Origin: Phycisphaerales bacterium
Lineage (GTDB): Bacteria > Planctomycetota > Phycisphaerae > Phycisphaerales > SM1A02
Direction: 5' to 3'
NCBI GenBank assembly: GCA_014238205.1
Contig: JABABM010000005.1
Span: forward strand, 19,189-83,188
DNA length: 64,000 bases
Made by a program: the position numbers and the translations under genes. Shown here piece after piece: positions 47,401 to 56,423 of the stretch (its first letter is position 1; every line of letters starts with the position of its first letter). Under the pieces are notes generated by a model that saw only the letters and a list, made by a program, of their open reading frames with translations, made no database searches and was not told where the DNA came from.

Positions 47401-48302
47401 GGATTCAACTCCCCGGTCAAGGTCATCGGGGCCTCATCACTCGCCAGGAGAATGATTTCAGGCAACTGGTGCAACTGGATCCTCGGGCGGACGATCACGA
47501 GATCACGCAAGGGAGCCTCGTCGATCTGCTCAACGGACTCGATGACCCCCACCCCCAGCGCCTGGGCCCAGGGAGGCCACTCCGAGTCAGCGAGTACGAC
47601 CTGGGAACCTGGCAATGTTCCATGGCGATGGTCGACCTCTCCCGCGAAGCTGCCGTCACCAAGGGGGTTCAGAAGCATCCTCGGAGGAGCAAGACCGGCT
47701 TCCTCCTGACCCGGGATGAGCACTGCAACCTGGAACGGACCGGTATCGGGATGGGCCAGTGGCAGGATGGTCACCCTGAAAGATGAGCGACTGGCAACTC
47801 GGCCGACGAGGTATTCATGTCGCCAGATAGCCACATCTCCGACAATGACACGCTCATCGATCTGTGGTGTTACTTCCACCTCGACAGCTGAGACGACATC
47901 GCCCGGGTCACGAGCTGTTACATCCGTTGGAAGAATCAGGGGTGGCCGTGGACCCTGCATCATCCTGTCTGGAAGTCCCTGCAGCAGGCTCAGTTGGACT
48001 GACAACTCCTGGAGTCGGAGTTGTTGTGCATGGTAGAGGCGCTTGAACCGGTCTCGCTCATCCTCAAGAATGATCATCCGTTCCCTGAGGTCCGATTCGT
48101 TCATCCCATCAACAGCATCGACTGGGCGAAGCCAACCGGCAAGACGATTGCCTGCATGCGCAACAGGGGTAATGGGGAGCCTGACGATATCCGACAGATC
48201 ACGTGTCCATGCCAACCAACTCGTTGGCAGGATCGCCATGACCCCCGTCAGGATCAATACGATTGAAAAGAACGAATTGGAGCGTTCCGTGACGCGGAAC
48301 AT
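47397..48302 (-). CDS. mreC: rod shape-determining protein MreC
   Basis: Start trimmed to ATG 48302. It has an N-terminal TM helix, a coiled coil (LEDERDRFKRLYHAQQLRLQELSVQLSLLQ) and beta-rich domains (VGDVAIWRHEYLVGRVASRSSFRVTILPL). It lies between mreB and mreD. Confidence 0.7.
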   Translation of the reverse strand: MFRVTERSNSFFSIVLILTGVMAILPTSWLAWTRDLSDIVRLPITPVAHAGNRLAGWLRPVDAVDGMNESDLRERMIILEDERDRFKRLYHAQQLRLQELSVQLSLLQGLPDRMMQGPRPPLILPTDVTARDPGDVVSAVEVEVTPQIDERVIVGDVAIWRHEYLVGRVASRSSFRVTILPLAHPDTGPFQVAVLIPGQEEAGLAPPRMLLNPLGDGSFAGEVDHRHGTLPGSQVVLADSEWPPWAQALGVGVIESVEQIDEAPLRDLVIVRPRIQLHQLPEIILLASDEAPMTLTGELNP

Positions 48303-48351
48303 GCACGCTCCCTTCCCAGTGCCCGAAAGGGGTCTGGCCAGACTCGATGAA

Positions 48352-49404
48352 TCAGAGGTCGTCCATGTCTGAATCCATGGTCGTCTTCCATTCCTCGAGG
48401 TTGTCGAGATAGATGCTCGTACCGCGCGCAACACACGTCAGTGGATCATCTGCGATCACGACATCGAGACCGGTATCCTGCTTGATGACGACGTCGAGGC
48501 CGCGAAGCAGCGCCCCCCCGCCAACGAGCGTGATCCCGTTGTCTACCAGGTCGGCTGCCAACTCGGGTTCAGCCCGTTCGAGGGTCCGTTTGACCGCTGC
48601 AACGATGGATTTCACGGGCCCCTGGAGTGCTCCCCTGATTTCCTTGCTCGTGACCTCAAGCTTGCGAGGAAGGCCGGTCGTATTGTCACGACCTCGGACA
48701 TCAAGCTTGACATCATCACCCACCTTCGCGGCAGAACCGATCTCGATCTTGATACGCTCCGAAGTCTGTTCGCCGATCGTAAGGTTGTAGGTCTTCTTCA
48801 TGTGCTGGATGATGGCTTCATCGAAGTCATCCCCTGCAACACGAACCGATTCGCATGTTGCAATATCGGCAAGTGACATGATCGCAACCTCGGTCGTCCC
48901 TCCCCCGATATCAACCACCATTGAAGCTGTTGGCTCGACGATCGGCATTCCTGCACCGATTCCCGCAGCCATCGGTTCCTCGACGAGGTACACGCGACGT
49001 GCACCGGCTCGCTCCGCAGAATCAAGAACCGCCCTCTTCTCCACGGTTGTAATACCCGATGGAACGGCAATGACGACCCGGGGGCTGATGAGCCGTGAAC
49101 GGCCTGTTGCCTTTCGGATGAAGTAACTCAGCATCGCCTCGGTGATTTCGAAATCTGAAATCACTCCGTCCTTCAATGGACGGATTGCGCTGATCGAACC
49201 TGGAGTCTTTCCAAGCATCTCCTTGGCTTCCCAGCCAACGGCATTGCCGTTGTTGAGAACCCGGTTCGTGCCGCGCTTGACGGCAACTACAGATGGTTCG
49301 TTGAGAATGATCCCCTCGCCACGAACGCTGACCAAGGTATTGCAAGTACCCAGGTCAATGCCCATGTCGACGCTGAACCAACCGAGAATAGTGTCGAGAA
49401 ACAC
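48352..49404 (-). CDS. mreB: rod shape-determining protein MreB
   Basis: Reads FSVDMGIDLGTCNTLVSVRGEGIILNEPSVVAV..., DIGGGTTEVAIMSL and LVGGGALLRGLD. The start is probably GTG 49404, preceded by AGGAGG with a 9-nt spacer. The track start at 49476 is also a GTG and adds 24 atypical residues. Confidence 0.9.
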   Translation of the reverse strand: MFLDTILGWFSVDMGIDLGTCNTLVSVRGEGIILNEPSVVAVKRGTNRVLNNGNAVGWEAKEMLGKTPGSISAIRPLKDGVISDFEITEAMLSYFIRKATGRSRLISPRVVIAVPSGITTVEKRAVLDSAERAGARRVYLVEEPMAAGIGAGMPIVEPTASMVVDIGGGTTEVAIMSLADIATCESVRVAGDDFDEAIIQHMKKTYNLTIGEQTSERIKIEIGSAAKVGDDVKLDVRGRDNTTGLPRKLEVTSKEIRGALQGPVKSIVAAVKRTLERAEPELAADLVDNGITLVGGGALLRGLDVVIKQDTGLDVVIADDPLTCVARGTSIYLDNLEEWKTTMDSDMDDL

Positions 49405-49503
49405 GCGGTTCGCCCTCCTGGCGCCTCGTTCAGGCGTGTGATCATCATACGACAACCAACACGGCGGTGTCGACACCTCTGGAAGATTTCAATTCGATGT
49501 GGA

Positions 49504-49689
49504 TCAGTTGGATCCGAGGATCTTGAACATCTCTCCAGCGGCATTCTGCCCATCAGCGGAGAACTCGATGTTGTGGAAGACCATGAAGAGGCAACCTGCC
49601 AGAAGGATCAGAGCGGCGACCCCGGAGAGCCCCGTATAGACATTCAGGCCCCCACCCTCACGAACGGCTGGTGTGTTGAATCTGCTCAT
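49504..49689 (-). CDS. 61-aa single-pass membrane protein, function unknown
   Basis: ATG start 3 nt after the stop of the upstream gene (TGAGCCATG). One TM helix (LSGVAALILLAGCLFMVF). It lies directly upstream of mreB. Confidence 0.4.
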   Translation of the reverse strand: MSRFNTPAVREGGGLNVYTGLSGVAALILLAGCLFMVFHNIEFSADGQNAAGEMFKILGSN

Positions 49690-49692
49690 GGC

Positions 49693-50583
49693 TCAATCCT
49701 GCCCCATGAGGGCATAGGCACGATGGCCCACCCGGGCGAGCCCACGATCGGGGTTCTCCAAGGTGAGCATTCCAGTCGAGCGATTGATGTCCACACTGAT
49801 AATTCTGAGTTTCCCGATGAAAGTGCCATCCTGGCCGATGGTCAGGATCCAACCCTCTTTGACACCATCACGTGAACCCGCATCGATTTCGACGAGGGTC
49901 TGGTCTTCGCTGCGGCTGATATTGAGAATTGTCGACTCGAGATTGCGGTCAGGAGCAAGCCCCTCGTCGAGCGTCATGCCCGTGTCGTCAAGTGCGCCAA
50001 AGCGAGCCACGTACTCTGAAATCCGCTGCATGGCGGTCAGCTGCTGGTCCCGTACTTCCTTGAGTTCCTCTTCAAGCTTGCGGCGAGCTGCAAGTGCAAC
50101 CTGCAACTGGCTGTCACGCTCGCGAAGCGCATCGTCAAGTTCAAGTTTCTCACGCTCGGCGGAGATAGCTCGTCCACGCAGTTTCTGAAGATCCTCAACG
50201 AGTACACGATTGAGATCGCTGTTCGTCTGGAGGCTCTTGAGCATGGTTCGGCTCGTTGCACCGTGCTCGGAAATGGCGAGGCTTGCTGTCAGAAGCTGTG
50301 ACTCGATCTCGAGACGCATCTTCTCGCAGGAGGCGATGTTCGACTGCGACTCGGATAGTCGCTGGCTGTACGCCTGCAGCTCCTGGTTCAACCGAGCCTG
50401 TTCACCCTGATGAGACTGTCGCTCGTCCTGCAACTGTGAAGTAACAAGTCGATGGGAAGCATCCAGATCGATGGATCGGGTCTTCCAATACTCCTGGTTC
50501 TTCGCGGAAACCACGACCAGGGGAACCATGAAAATGGCCAGCATTGTGACCAGGACGATGAAGATCTTCGTGAGAATATGCAC
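49693..50583 (-). CDS. membrane-anchored coiled-coil protein, function unknown
   Basis: 296 aa. N-terminal TM helix (IFIVLVTMLAIFMVPLVVV), a ~190-aa heptad-rich Q/E/L/R region and a small C-terminal beta domain (GWILTIGQDGTFIGKLRIISVD). Confidence 0.5.
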   Translation of the reverse strand: MHILTKIFIVLVTMLAIFMVPLVVVSAKNQEYWKTRSIDLDASHRLVTSQLQDERQSHQGEQARLNQELQAYSQRLSESQSNIASCEKMRLEIESQLLTASLAISEHGATSRTMLKSLQTNSDLNRVLVEDLQKLRGRAISAEREKLELDDALRERDSQLQVALAARRKLEEELKEVRDQQLTAMQRISEYVARFGALDDTGMTLDEGLAPDRNLESTILNISRSEDQTLVEIDAGSRDGVKEGWILTIGQDGTFIGKLRIISVDINRSTGMLTLENPDRGLARVGHRAYALMGQD

Positions 50584-50706
50584 GATCCAGCCTCGTATTG
50601 CAGGATGCCTGATTTCGTTGGGTTCGAACTCTTCCTAACCCCCCGAACCAGGGGTTGTTCACTGCCAATCAGCGAAACGATGGTTATAGCCCTTCAACCA
50701 GACGTG

Positions 50707-51807
50707 TCAATATACCTCATCAGGACTTCTTGCAACCGATGGGTCTCCTAAACGCAGTATTGCCGTGGCTGCTGCCACCTGAACGCGAGGATCCTGGTCG
50801 TGTAACAGGGTTGAAAGTTGGGGTGAATATGTGCTTGAACCAAGGCTACCGAGCACCATGGCCGCTTGAGAGCGGATTTCCGGCCGTTCATGGGATATGA
50901 AGCCCACCACGATCTCTATGGGGACCCTGCCCGGGTCGATCTTGGCAAGGGCATCCGCTGCAAGAAGCTGAATTTCAGGCCCGGGCTTCCTCGGGCCCTC
51001 GGCCAAGGCCATTGTTTCCAGGTTCATCGCCATCGATTGGTCCCTCATACTCCCGATCATCTGGCATGCCAGCGCGGTGAGTTCAGCCCGCTCAGGGGGA
51101 GCAAACAAGGCTGCCTGGATGACCTGGCGTTCCTCCTCATCCCCAAGTTTGACCATGGCCTCGGCCATGATCAGGTCGATCGCCTGGGCCCGAGGGGCTT
51201 CGATCGAGGCCTCGTGTCTCCCAACACCATTTCGAATGAGGGCTATTGCAGACGAGTTCCCAAGTTCACCCAGGATGAATGAAGCATTTGCCTTGGCTGT
51301 CGGGTCGGTGCCAAGCACCATCGAAGCCAACGGGTTCAGGTCGATTTCATCCCCGCAACTGGCGAGGCTGAAGATCGCAGCGGCTTGGACGGAACTACTG
51401 GGGTCGGAAAGCAGCGGACGAACCAGTCGTGACAACGAGCAGAGGTTCTCAAGCCCGATCGTCATCGTCGCAACAAAGCGTACGCCCTCGTTCTGGTCAA
51501 CCAGTCCACTTCGAACAACCTCGTCGAGGTATTGCTCCGATGACTGGAGGCCCTCGATGGCATTTGCGCGTAACAACGGATCGTCGGAGGTGGATGCTTC
51601 AAGAAGCAGCGACTCGGCCGAGTTGTGCAGGTTCCTGTCCAGGACCTGGAAGGTCGGTTGCTTGGTTTGAGCAAGCGTCGAGTTCGCCTCGATGACCGAA
51701 TCCTGTCGAGTACTCCACCTGGCATCCTCCTCGACACTGTTGCACCCCTGCAACAACAGGAACATGGCAGGAAGTACCTGAAATACTGGTTTTCTACACG
51801 CCCGCAT
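50707..51807 (-). CDS. HEAT-repeat lipoprotein
   Basis: Start trimmed to ATG 51807, which gives the lipobox MRACRKPVFQVLPAMFLLLQGC. It has repeated HEAT-like units (DPLLRANAIEGL, NEGVRFVATMTIG, SSSVQAAAIFSL, RPEIRSQAAMVLG, DPRVQVAAATAI). Confidence 0.6.
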   Translation of the reverse strand: MRACRKPVFQVLPAMFLLLQGCNSVEEDARWSTRQDSVIEANSTLAQTKQPTFQVLDRNLHNSAESLLLEASTSDDPLLRANAIEGLQSSEQYLDEVVRSGLVDQNEGVRFVATMTIGLENLCSLSRLVRPLLSDPSSSVQAAAIFSLASCGDEIDLNPLASMVLGTDPTAKANASFILGELGNSSAIALIRNGVGRHEASIEAPRAQAIDLIMAEAMVKLGDEEERQVIQAALFAPPERAELTALACQMIGSMRDQSMAMNLETMALAEGPRKPGPEIQLLAADALAKIDPGRVPIEIVVGFISHERPEIRSQAAMVLGSLGSSTYSPQLSTLLHDQDPRVQVAAATAILRLGDPSVARSPDEVY

Positions 51808-53464
51808 CTGAAACTCCCTCGTCCCGACTCGAACGCCCCAGTGTGCAATGCCAGGCAACCAGACCGCACAACATGGTGAAACAGAGCCAGGCAACCAGGT
51901 TGCCGAAGATCGTACCGAACATGGTACGCCGCGAATCGACTTTCGGCTCACACAGCAGCCAACTTGATACACGTGGCTGGGTCGCTGCCTGGACCCGACC
52001 GAGTGAATCCGTCCAACTCGTTACGCCAGTATTCACGACACGGATCAACGGAACCCGGTTCTCAATGCATCTCCATCGAGCAACCTGTTCATGTGTTCTC
52101 CGAACTGCATCATCCCCGCCGAACCAGCCATCATTGCTGAGGTTCATCAGGAGCATGGTGCGCTTCTCTCCCTCGAAGTACACCAGGTCCCGACACAACC
52201 CCGGAACCGTGTCTTCAAAGCAGATCGGTGTTCCAATTCCACACGCCCCACCGCTGTATTCCATGGAGAGCACCTCGGCCCGGTCGCTGGCCTCGAGATT
52301 GAACTCCATGCCACCGGCACCGAAGATCAGGAGTTGTTTCTCCAGCCATGGCCAGTGCTCCACGTAGGGCATCCGTTCACCAAATGGTGTCAGAACAACC
52401 TTGTCGTACCGCTGCAACCCGCCTCCCGGCTCGACCAGCACGGCACTGTTGTAACGAGTCCGACCTTCCATCCATGTGCCCCGTTCATCAACGCTCTGGG
52501 ACAGGTCCAGCCAGGTTGGAGAACCGACGAGCAAGGGACGACGCAACACACTCGACAACTGTTCGATCCGGCCAGGCCAGTGATGAAGGTGTGCAAATCC
52601 TGGACCGGCTGCTTCCAAGGAGGCGCGGGTACCTCGATCGAACCCGAGTCCGGGAACCATCGTTTCGGGCCATGCGACCAGGTCGGCACCACCCGTTGCT
52701 TCGAAGGCTTCCAGGGTCAACTCGATGAACGAAGGGACGTCTGCAAACTGGGCCTGGACACTCCAGCCGATCTTGTTGTCCTGTGGCAGGTTTGTCTGGA
52801 TCGCGAGGATGCTTGGTCCTGAGCTGAGTACGTCATCCTGTGCAAGGCGCCATGCGCCATAGGGAACTGCCAGAGTGAGAAGGACTCCAACGACGATACT
52901 GCTGCCCGTGCTTCGTCGATGTACCGGGCGAACCGCGTCAACACAAAGCCCGGCGACGGCACCTACGAACAGGCTTCCCCACCAGACGCCGATGATGTCT
53001 GCAGGTTGAGCAAGGATCGTCGCTTCGATGAGTGGTTGCCCGATGAAGTACCAGGGGTATCCATCGAAGATGATCAGGCCCCTGACACACTCAAGGCCGA
53101 TGAATACGATCGGGACCGTGACAGCCGAGGGCCATCTCCCCAGGTTCCTGTCGCGGCCGATTTCCCTGAGCAACCAGGCCGCCATGGCTGGATAGAGAGC
53201 AACATAGGCTGAAAGCACCGGCCAGCCTGCCAATGTCACGCCAATGATCCAGTGGTTGATCCAGAGCCAGGCAAGAAAATACGTCGTGAACGTGGAAAGG
53301 ATGACTGTTCGTCTTGAGCCTGCCCGACGAGCAGCCAGGACGAGCAGGAATACTCCTACGAAGGAAAGTCCCCAGAGATCCAGTGGTGGCAGAGCCGCCA
53401 AGGCACAGCATGCTGAAGCAGCTGCAAGCCCCCAGACAGACGCAGTCGATCTACTTGCCCGCAT
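51794..53464 (-). CDS. lnt: apolipoprotein N-acyltransferase
   Basis: Start trimmed to ATG 53464. It has an N-terminal polytopic membrane domain and a nitrilase-like domain with ICFEDTVPG and NLSNDGWFG. Confidence 0.8.
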   Translation of the reverse strand: MRASRSTASVWGLAAASACCALAALPPLDLWGLSFVGVFLLVLAARRAGSRRTVILSTFTTYFLAWLWINHWIIGVTLAGWPVLSAYVALYPAMAAWLLREIGRDRNLGRWPSAVTVPIVFIGLECVRGLIIFDGYPWYFIGQPLIEATILAQPADIIGVWWGSLFVGAVAGLCVDAVRPVHRRSTGSSIVVGVLLTLAVPYGAWRLAQDDVLSSGPSILAIQTNLPQDNKIGWSVQAQFADVPSFIELTLEAFEATGGADLVAWPETMVPGLGFDRGTRASLEAAGPGFAHLHHWPGRIEQLSSVLRRPLLVGSPTWLDLSQSVDERGTWMEGRTRYNSAVLVEPGGGLQRYDKVVLTPFGERMPYVEHWPWLEKQLLIFGAGGMEFNLEASDRAEVLSMEYSGGACGIGTPICFEDTVPGLCRDLVYFEGEKRTMLLMNLSNDGWFGGDDAVRRTHEQVARWRCIENRVPLIRVVNTGVTSWTDSLGRVQAATQPRVSSWLLCEPKVDSRRTMFGTIFGNLVAWLCFTMLCGLVAWHCTLGRSSRDEGVSDAGV

Positions 53465-54302
53465 AGTCGATGAGGCTCGACACCTCGCTGCGGAGGTCCT
53501 TGCGATGAATGACGCGATCGACGAACCCGCACTGCTGGAGGAACTCCGCTCTCTGGAATCCTTCCGGGAGTTCCTGGCGAATGGTCTGTTCGATGACTCG
53601 CGGTCCGGCAAATCCGATCAACGCACCCCGCTCCGCAAGAATGACATCACCCAGCATCGAGAAACTCGCCGTCACTCCCCCGGTTGTCGGATCAGTCAAC
53701 ACGGAGATGAAGAGTCCACCCATCTCGTCGAATCGAGCCAGGGCCGCGGAAGTCTTCGCCATCTGCATGAGCGAAAGGCCCGACTCCATCATCCGAGCGC
53801 CGCCGGATGCGGAGACGATGATCAAGGGAAGATCTTCTTCTGCAGCGGCTTCAGTCGCTCGAGCGATCTTCTCACCGACAACAGAACCCATGGACCCACC
53901 CAGGAAGGTGAAGTCCATGCACGCAAGAATCACCTTTCGACCCTTGATGAATGCCGTGCCGCACAGGATCGCGTCATTGTGCCCGGTCTTCTTTCGTGCC
54001 TCCGCTATGCGATCGGGATATGGCTTCACGTCCACGAACTCAAGGGGATCGGATGAACAGAGTTCCTCGTGCATTGGAACGAACGTTCCAGGGTCGACCA
54101 GTTGTGTCACGCGAACACCGGCTGAAATCCGGAAATGGTGATCACATTCGGCACAGACATTGAGATTGTTTTCCAGTGATCGTCGGAAGAGGATTGCACT
54201 GCACGATGGGCAGCGGACCCAGAGTCCTTCCGGAACAGGCTTCCTGCCGGTGGGATGACCAGCATCTACATCAGTCCAGGATCGTGCTTTTGCCTCAGCC
54301 AT
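53451..54302 (-). CDS. accD: acetyl-CoA carboxylase carboxyltransferase beta subunit
   Basis: Start trimmed to ATG 54302. It has the Zn-ribbon WVRCPSCSAILFRRSLENNLNVCAECDHHFRISA and the carboxyltransferase core (FLGGSMGSVVGEKI, SGGARMMES). Confidence 0.9.
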   Translation of the reverse strand: MAEAKARSWTDVDAGHPTGRKPVPEGLWVRCPSCSAILFRRSLENNLNVCAECDHHFRISAGVRVTQLVDPGTFVPMHEELCSSDPLEFVDVKPYPDRIAEARKKTGHNDAILCGTAFIKGRKVILACMDFTFLGGSMGSVVGEKIARATEAAAEEDLPLIIVSASGGARMMESGLSLMQMAKTSAALARFDEMGGLFISVLTDPTTGGVTASFSMLGDVILAERGALIGFAGPRVIEQTIRQELPEGFQRAEFLQQCGFVDRVIHRKDLRSEVSSLIDYAGK

Positions 54303-54478
54303 GCCTGATCTCCCTGCAATCGACCGAGCTACCGGGGTGGCCTGAAAAAGGAGGCCGCTCTCAAGACGGGCGGCATGGTGACCCAACATCGCGGCCGAGT
54401 CCAGCCTCATTTCCACGGAAAGACATGTCAACCGGGTTTGCGGGGGTGTAAGAGCCTGCAAACCTTCAAATGGATGGC

Positions 54479-55162
54479 TCAGGAACCCCTCAAGGAACAG
54501 ATCACGGAACCATATTCCGCTGCACCGAAGATGGCCGAAGCGGCAACCAGGAGGTCACACCCCGCCTCCCGGCAGGCACCTGCAGTCTTGAGGTTGACTC
54601 CCCCATCCATCTGGAGTCTCTGGTCATCATTTAACTGTTCACGAATGGCTGCTGTCTTCACGAGCACGTCCTCGATGAATGACTGCCCGGAGAAACCGGG
54701 ATTGACACTCATCACGAGGGCCAGTTGGACCGAATGCAGCCATGGTTCAAGGGCAGTCCAGTCCGTCGGTGGATTGATCGCGATCCCTGCCGTCATCCCG
54801 GCAGAATGAATCGCGTTGATGACCGTTTCCGGATCATCATCCGCCTCCACGTGGAACGTGATGTGATCAGCTCCGGCACCTGCAAATGAATCAACGCAGC
54901 CAAGGGGATTGGTCACCATCAGGTGAACATCTAGCAGCGTATCCGGGAGTCGTTCCCGGAGACTGGCACAGAGTGCCGGCCCCATGGTCAGGTTCGGAAC
55001 GAAATGCCCGTCCATGACATCAAGGTGAAGCAGGTCCGCCCCGGCATCGACTACGGCCTGGCATTCATCGCCAAGCGCAGCAAAATCGGCGGAAAGAATC
55101 GAGGGGGCGACAAGTGGTTTCGTCAGCGGCCCGGTGATGGAGCGTAAAGCGGTCATCGACAT
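54479..55162 (-). CDS. rpe: ribulose-phosphate 3-epimerase
   Basis: 227 aa. PSILSADFAALGDEC...GADLLHLDVMDGHFVPNLT and MSVNPGFSGQSF. Confidence 0.9.
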   Translation of the reverse strand: MSMTALRSITGPLTKPLVAPSILSADFAALGDECQAVVDAGADLLHLDVMDGHFVPNLTMGPALCASLRERLPDTLLDVHLMVTNPLGCVDSFAGAGADHITFHVEADDDPETVINAIHSAGMTAGIAINPPTDWTALEPWLHSVQLALVMSVNPGFSGQSFIEDVLVKTAAIREQLNDDQRLQMDGGVNLKTAGACREAGCDLLVAASAIFGAAEYGSVICSLRGS

Positions 55163-55205
55163 GGATCAACGTGCCTCCTTGCACTGTTCTTCGTTCTGTT
55201 TGGAG

Positions 55206-56273
55206 TCAGCCGCCGTTGGCTGCTGCCAACTCGTCACTCTTGCTCCTGTACTCACGCAGCATTGGTTCGAAGCGAGCTTTTCTTCGAGGTGAAGCCATGA
55301 AGAAGGCACGTTCCTGCAGATCAACCGCCTCGGTCACCTCTCCTCGACGGAACCGAACAGATGCTTCGAATGCAAGGAACCTGGGATCGTCCGGATCGGA
55401 GTTCGTACGCGCGATCTTCGCAGCCTCAAGCGCGATGTCGAGGTCACGCTTGGCATCAGGGATGTTCGGTGCAGCAGCAATCTTCTCAGCAAGCCAGCCG
55501 AGCAGTTCGGGGTCGTCTGGATACGTCTCGATGACTTCCTGTGCGTATGCGTAGGCCTTCGGTGCATCCTCCTGCTTCAGAAGGAAGACTTCGAATCGAT
55601 CGAGGATGTAGTTGTAGAAGACCCTCGGGTCACGCTCGATCAAATTCTGGGTAAGCAGTTCGTACTGGGACCAGTTCTTCAGTTCGCGTGCATCCTCGAT
55701 TCCGTCGATGTGCGACTGGGCCTGCATCATCAGCTTCCTGTTGTAGCGACCTCCCATGACCTCTTCGAGAATCTCTTCAAACTCGGGATCAAGCGGGTGT
55801 CCAATGAACTGGACCTTCCCCTCGGGACCGACGATGAAGGCATGTGGAATGCCGTTCATTCCGGCAGCACGACTCCACGCTCGACTCGTACCATTACGCT
55901 TGTCGATGGCGACCGAATAATTCATGCGGCGGCCCTGCTTCTTCACGAACCGCTTCACGACATCGGATTCCTCGGTTGTAACACCGATGATTCGAAGTTC
56001 ATCCGGTTCCCACTTGTTCTGAATCTCCGTCAGATGGGGAATCGACTTGCGACACGGTGTGCACCATGTCGCCCAGAATTCCACGACGTAGGTCGTTCCC
56101 TCTTCGAAACTGACGTCACCTTCCGGATGTCCCTTGGCATGCTTGACCCATTCTGCAATCGAAAGACCAGGTGCAGCGTCTCCTACCTTCAGCGATTGTC
56201 CACGCTGTGCGTGAGCCGGTGAACAGAAGAGGCAAAGCAAGGCAGCAGTGAGGATTCCAATCCGGATGGTCAT
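55206..56273 (-). CDS. secreted thioredoxin-fold (TlpA/redoxin-like) protein with a helical, TPR-like C-terminal domain
   Basis: 355 aa. Signal peptide MTIRIGILTAALLCLFCSPAHA and the active site FWATWCTPCRKSIPHL. The C-terminal ~180 aa are helical. Confidence 0.75.
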   Translation of the reverse strand: MTIRIGILTAALLCLFCSPAHAQRGQSLKVGDAAPGLSIAEWVKHAKGHPEGDVSFEEGTTYVVEFWATWCTPCRKSIPHLTEIQNKWEPDELRIIGVTTEESDVVKRFVKKQGRRMNYSVAIDKRNGTSRAWSRAAGMNGIPHAFIVGPEGKVQFIGHPLDPEFEEILEEVMGGRYNRKLMMQAQSHIDGIEDARELKNWSQYELLTQNLIERDPRVFYNYILDRFEVFLLKQEDAPKAYAYAQEVIETYPDDPELLGWLAEKIAAAPNIPDAKRDLDIALEAAKIARTNSDPDDPRFLAFEASVRFRRGEVTEAVDLQERAFFMASPRRKARFEPMLREYRSKSDELAAANGG

Positions 56274-56377
56274 TTCATGTTCCTCTCAGTGGAAATGTAG
56301 TGGAGCAGGCTCCGAAAGGCTTACAAGCAGGCATCATACCCCTGCCCGCGTATGTTCGGAGCCAGAATATAGAGTTC

Positions 56378-56410
56378 AATACCCCCCCTTTGACTCATAT
56401 AGGGGGTATT
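56378..56410 (-). terminator. hairpin downstream of pgk
   Basis: AATACCCCC (56378-56386) pairs with GGGGGTATT (56402-56410), a 9-bp stem, 14 nt past the pgk stop. It is followed on the minus strand by an AT-rich tract but no clean U-run. Confidence 0.4.
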
Positions 56411-56423
56411 TGTTCCTGAATCA

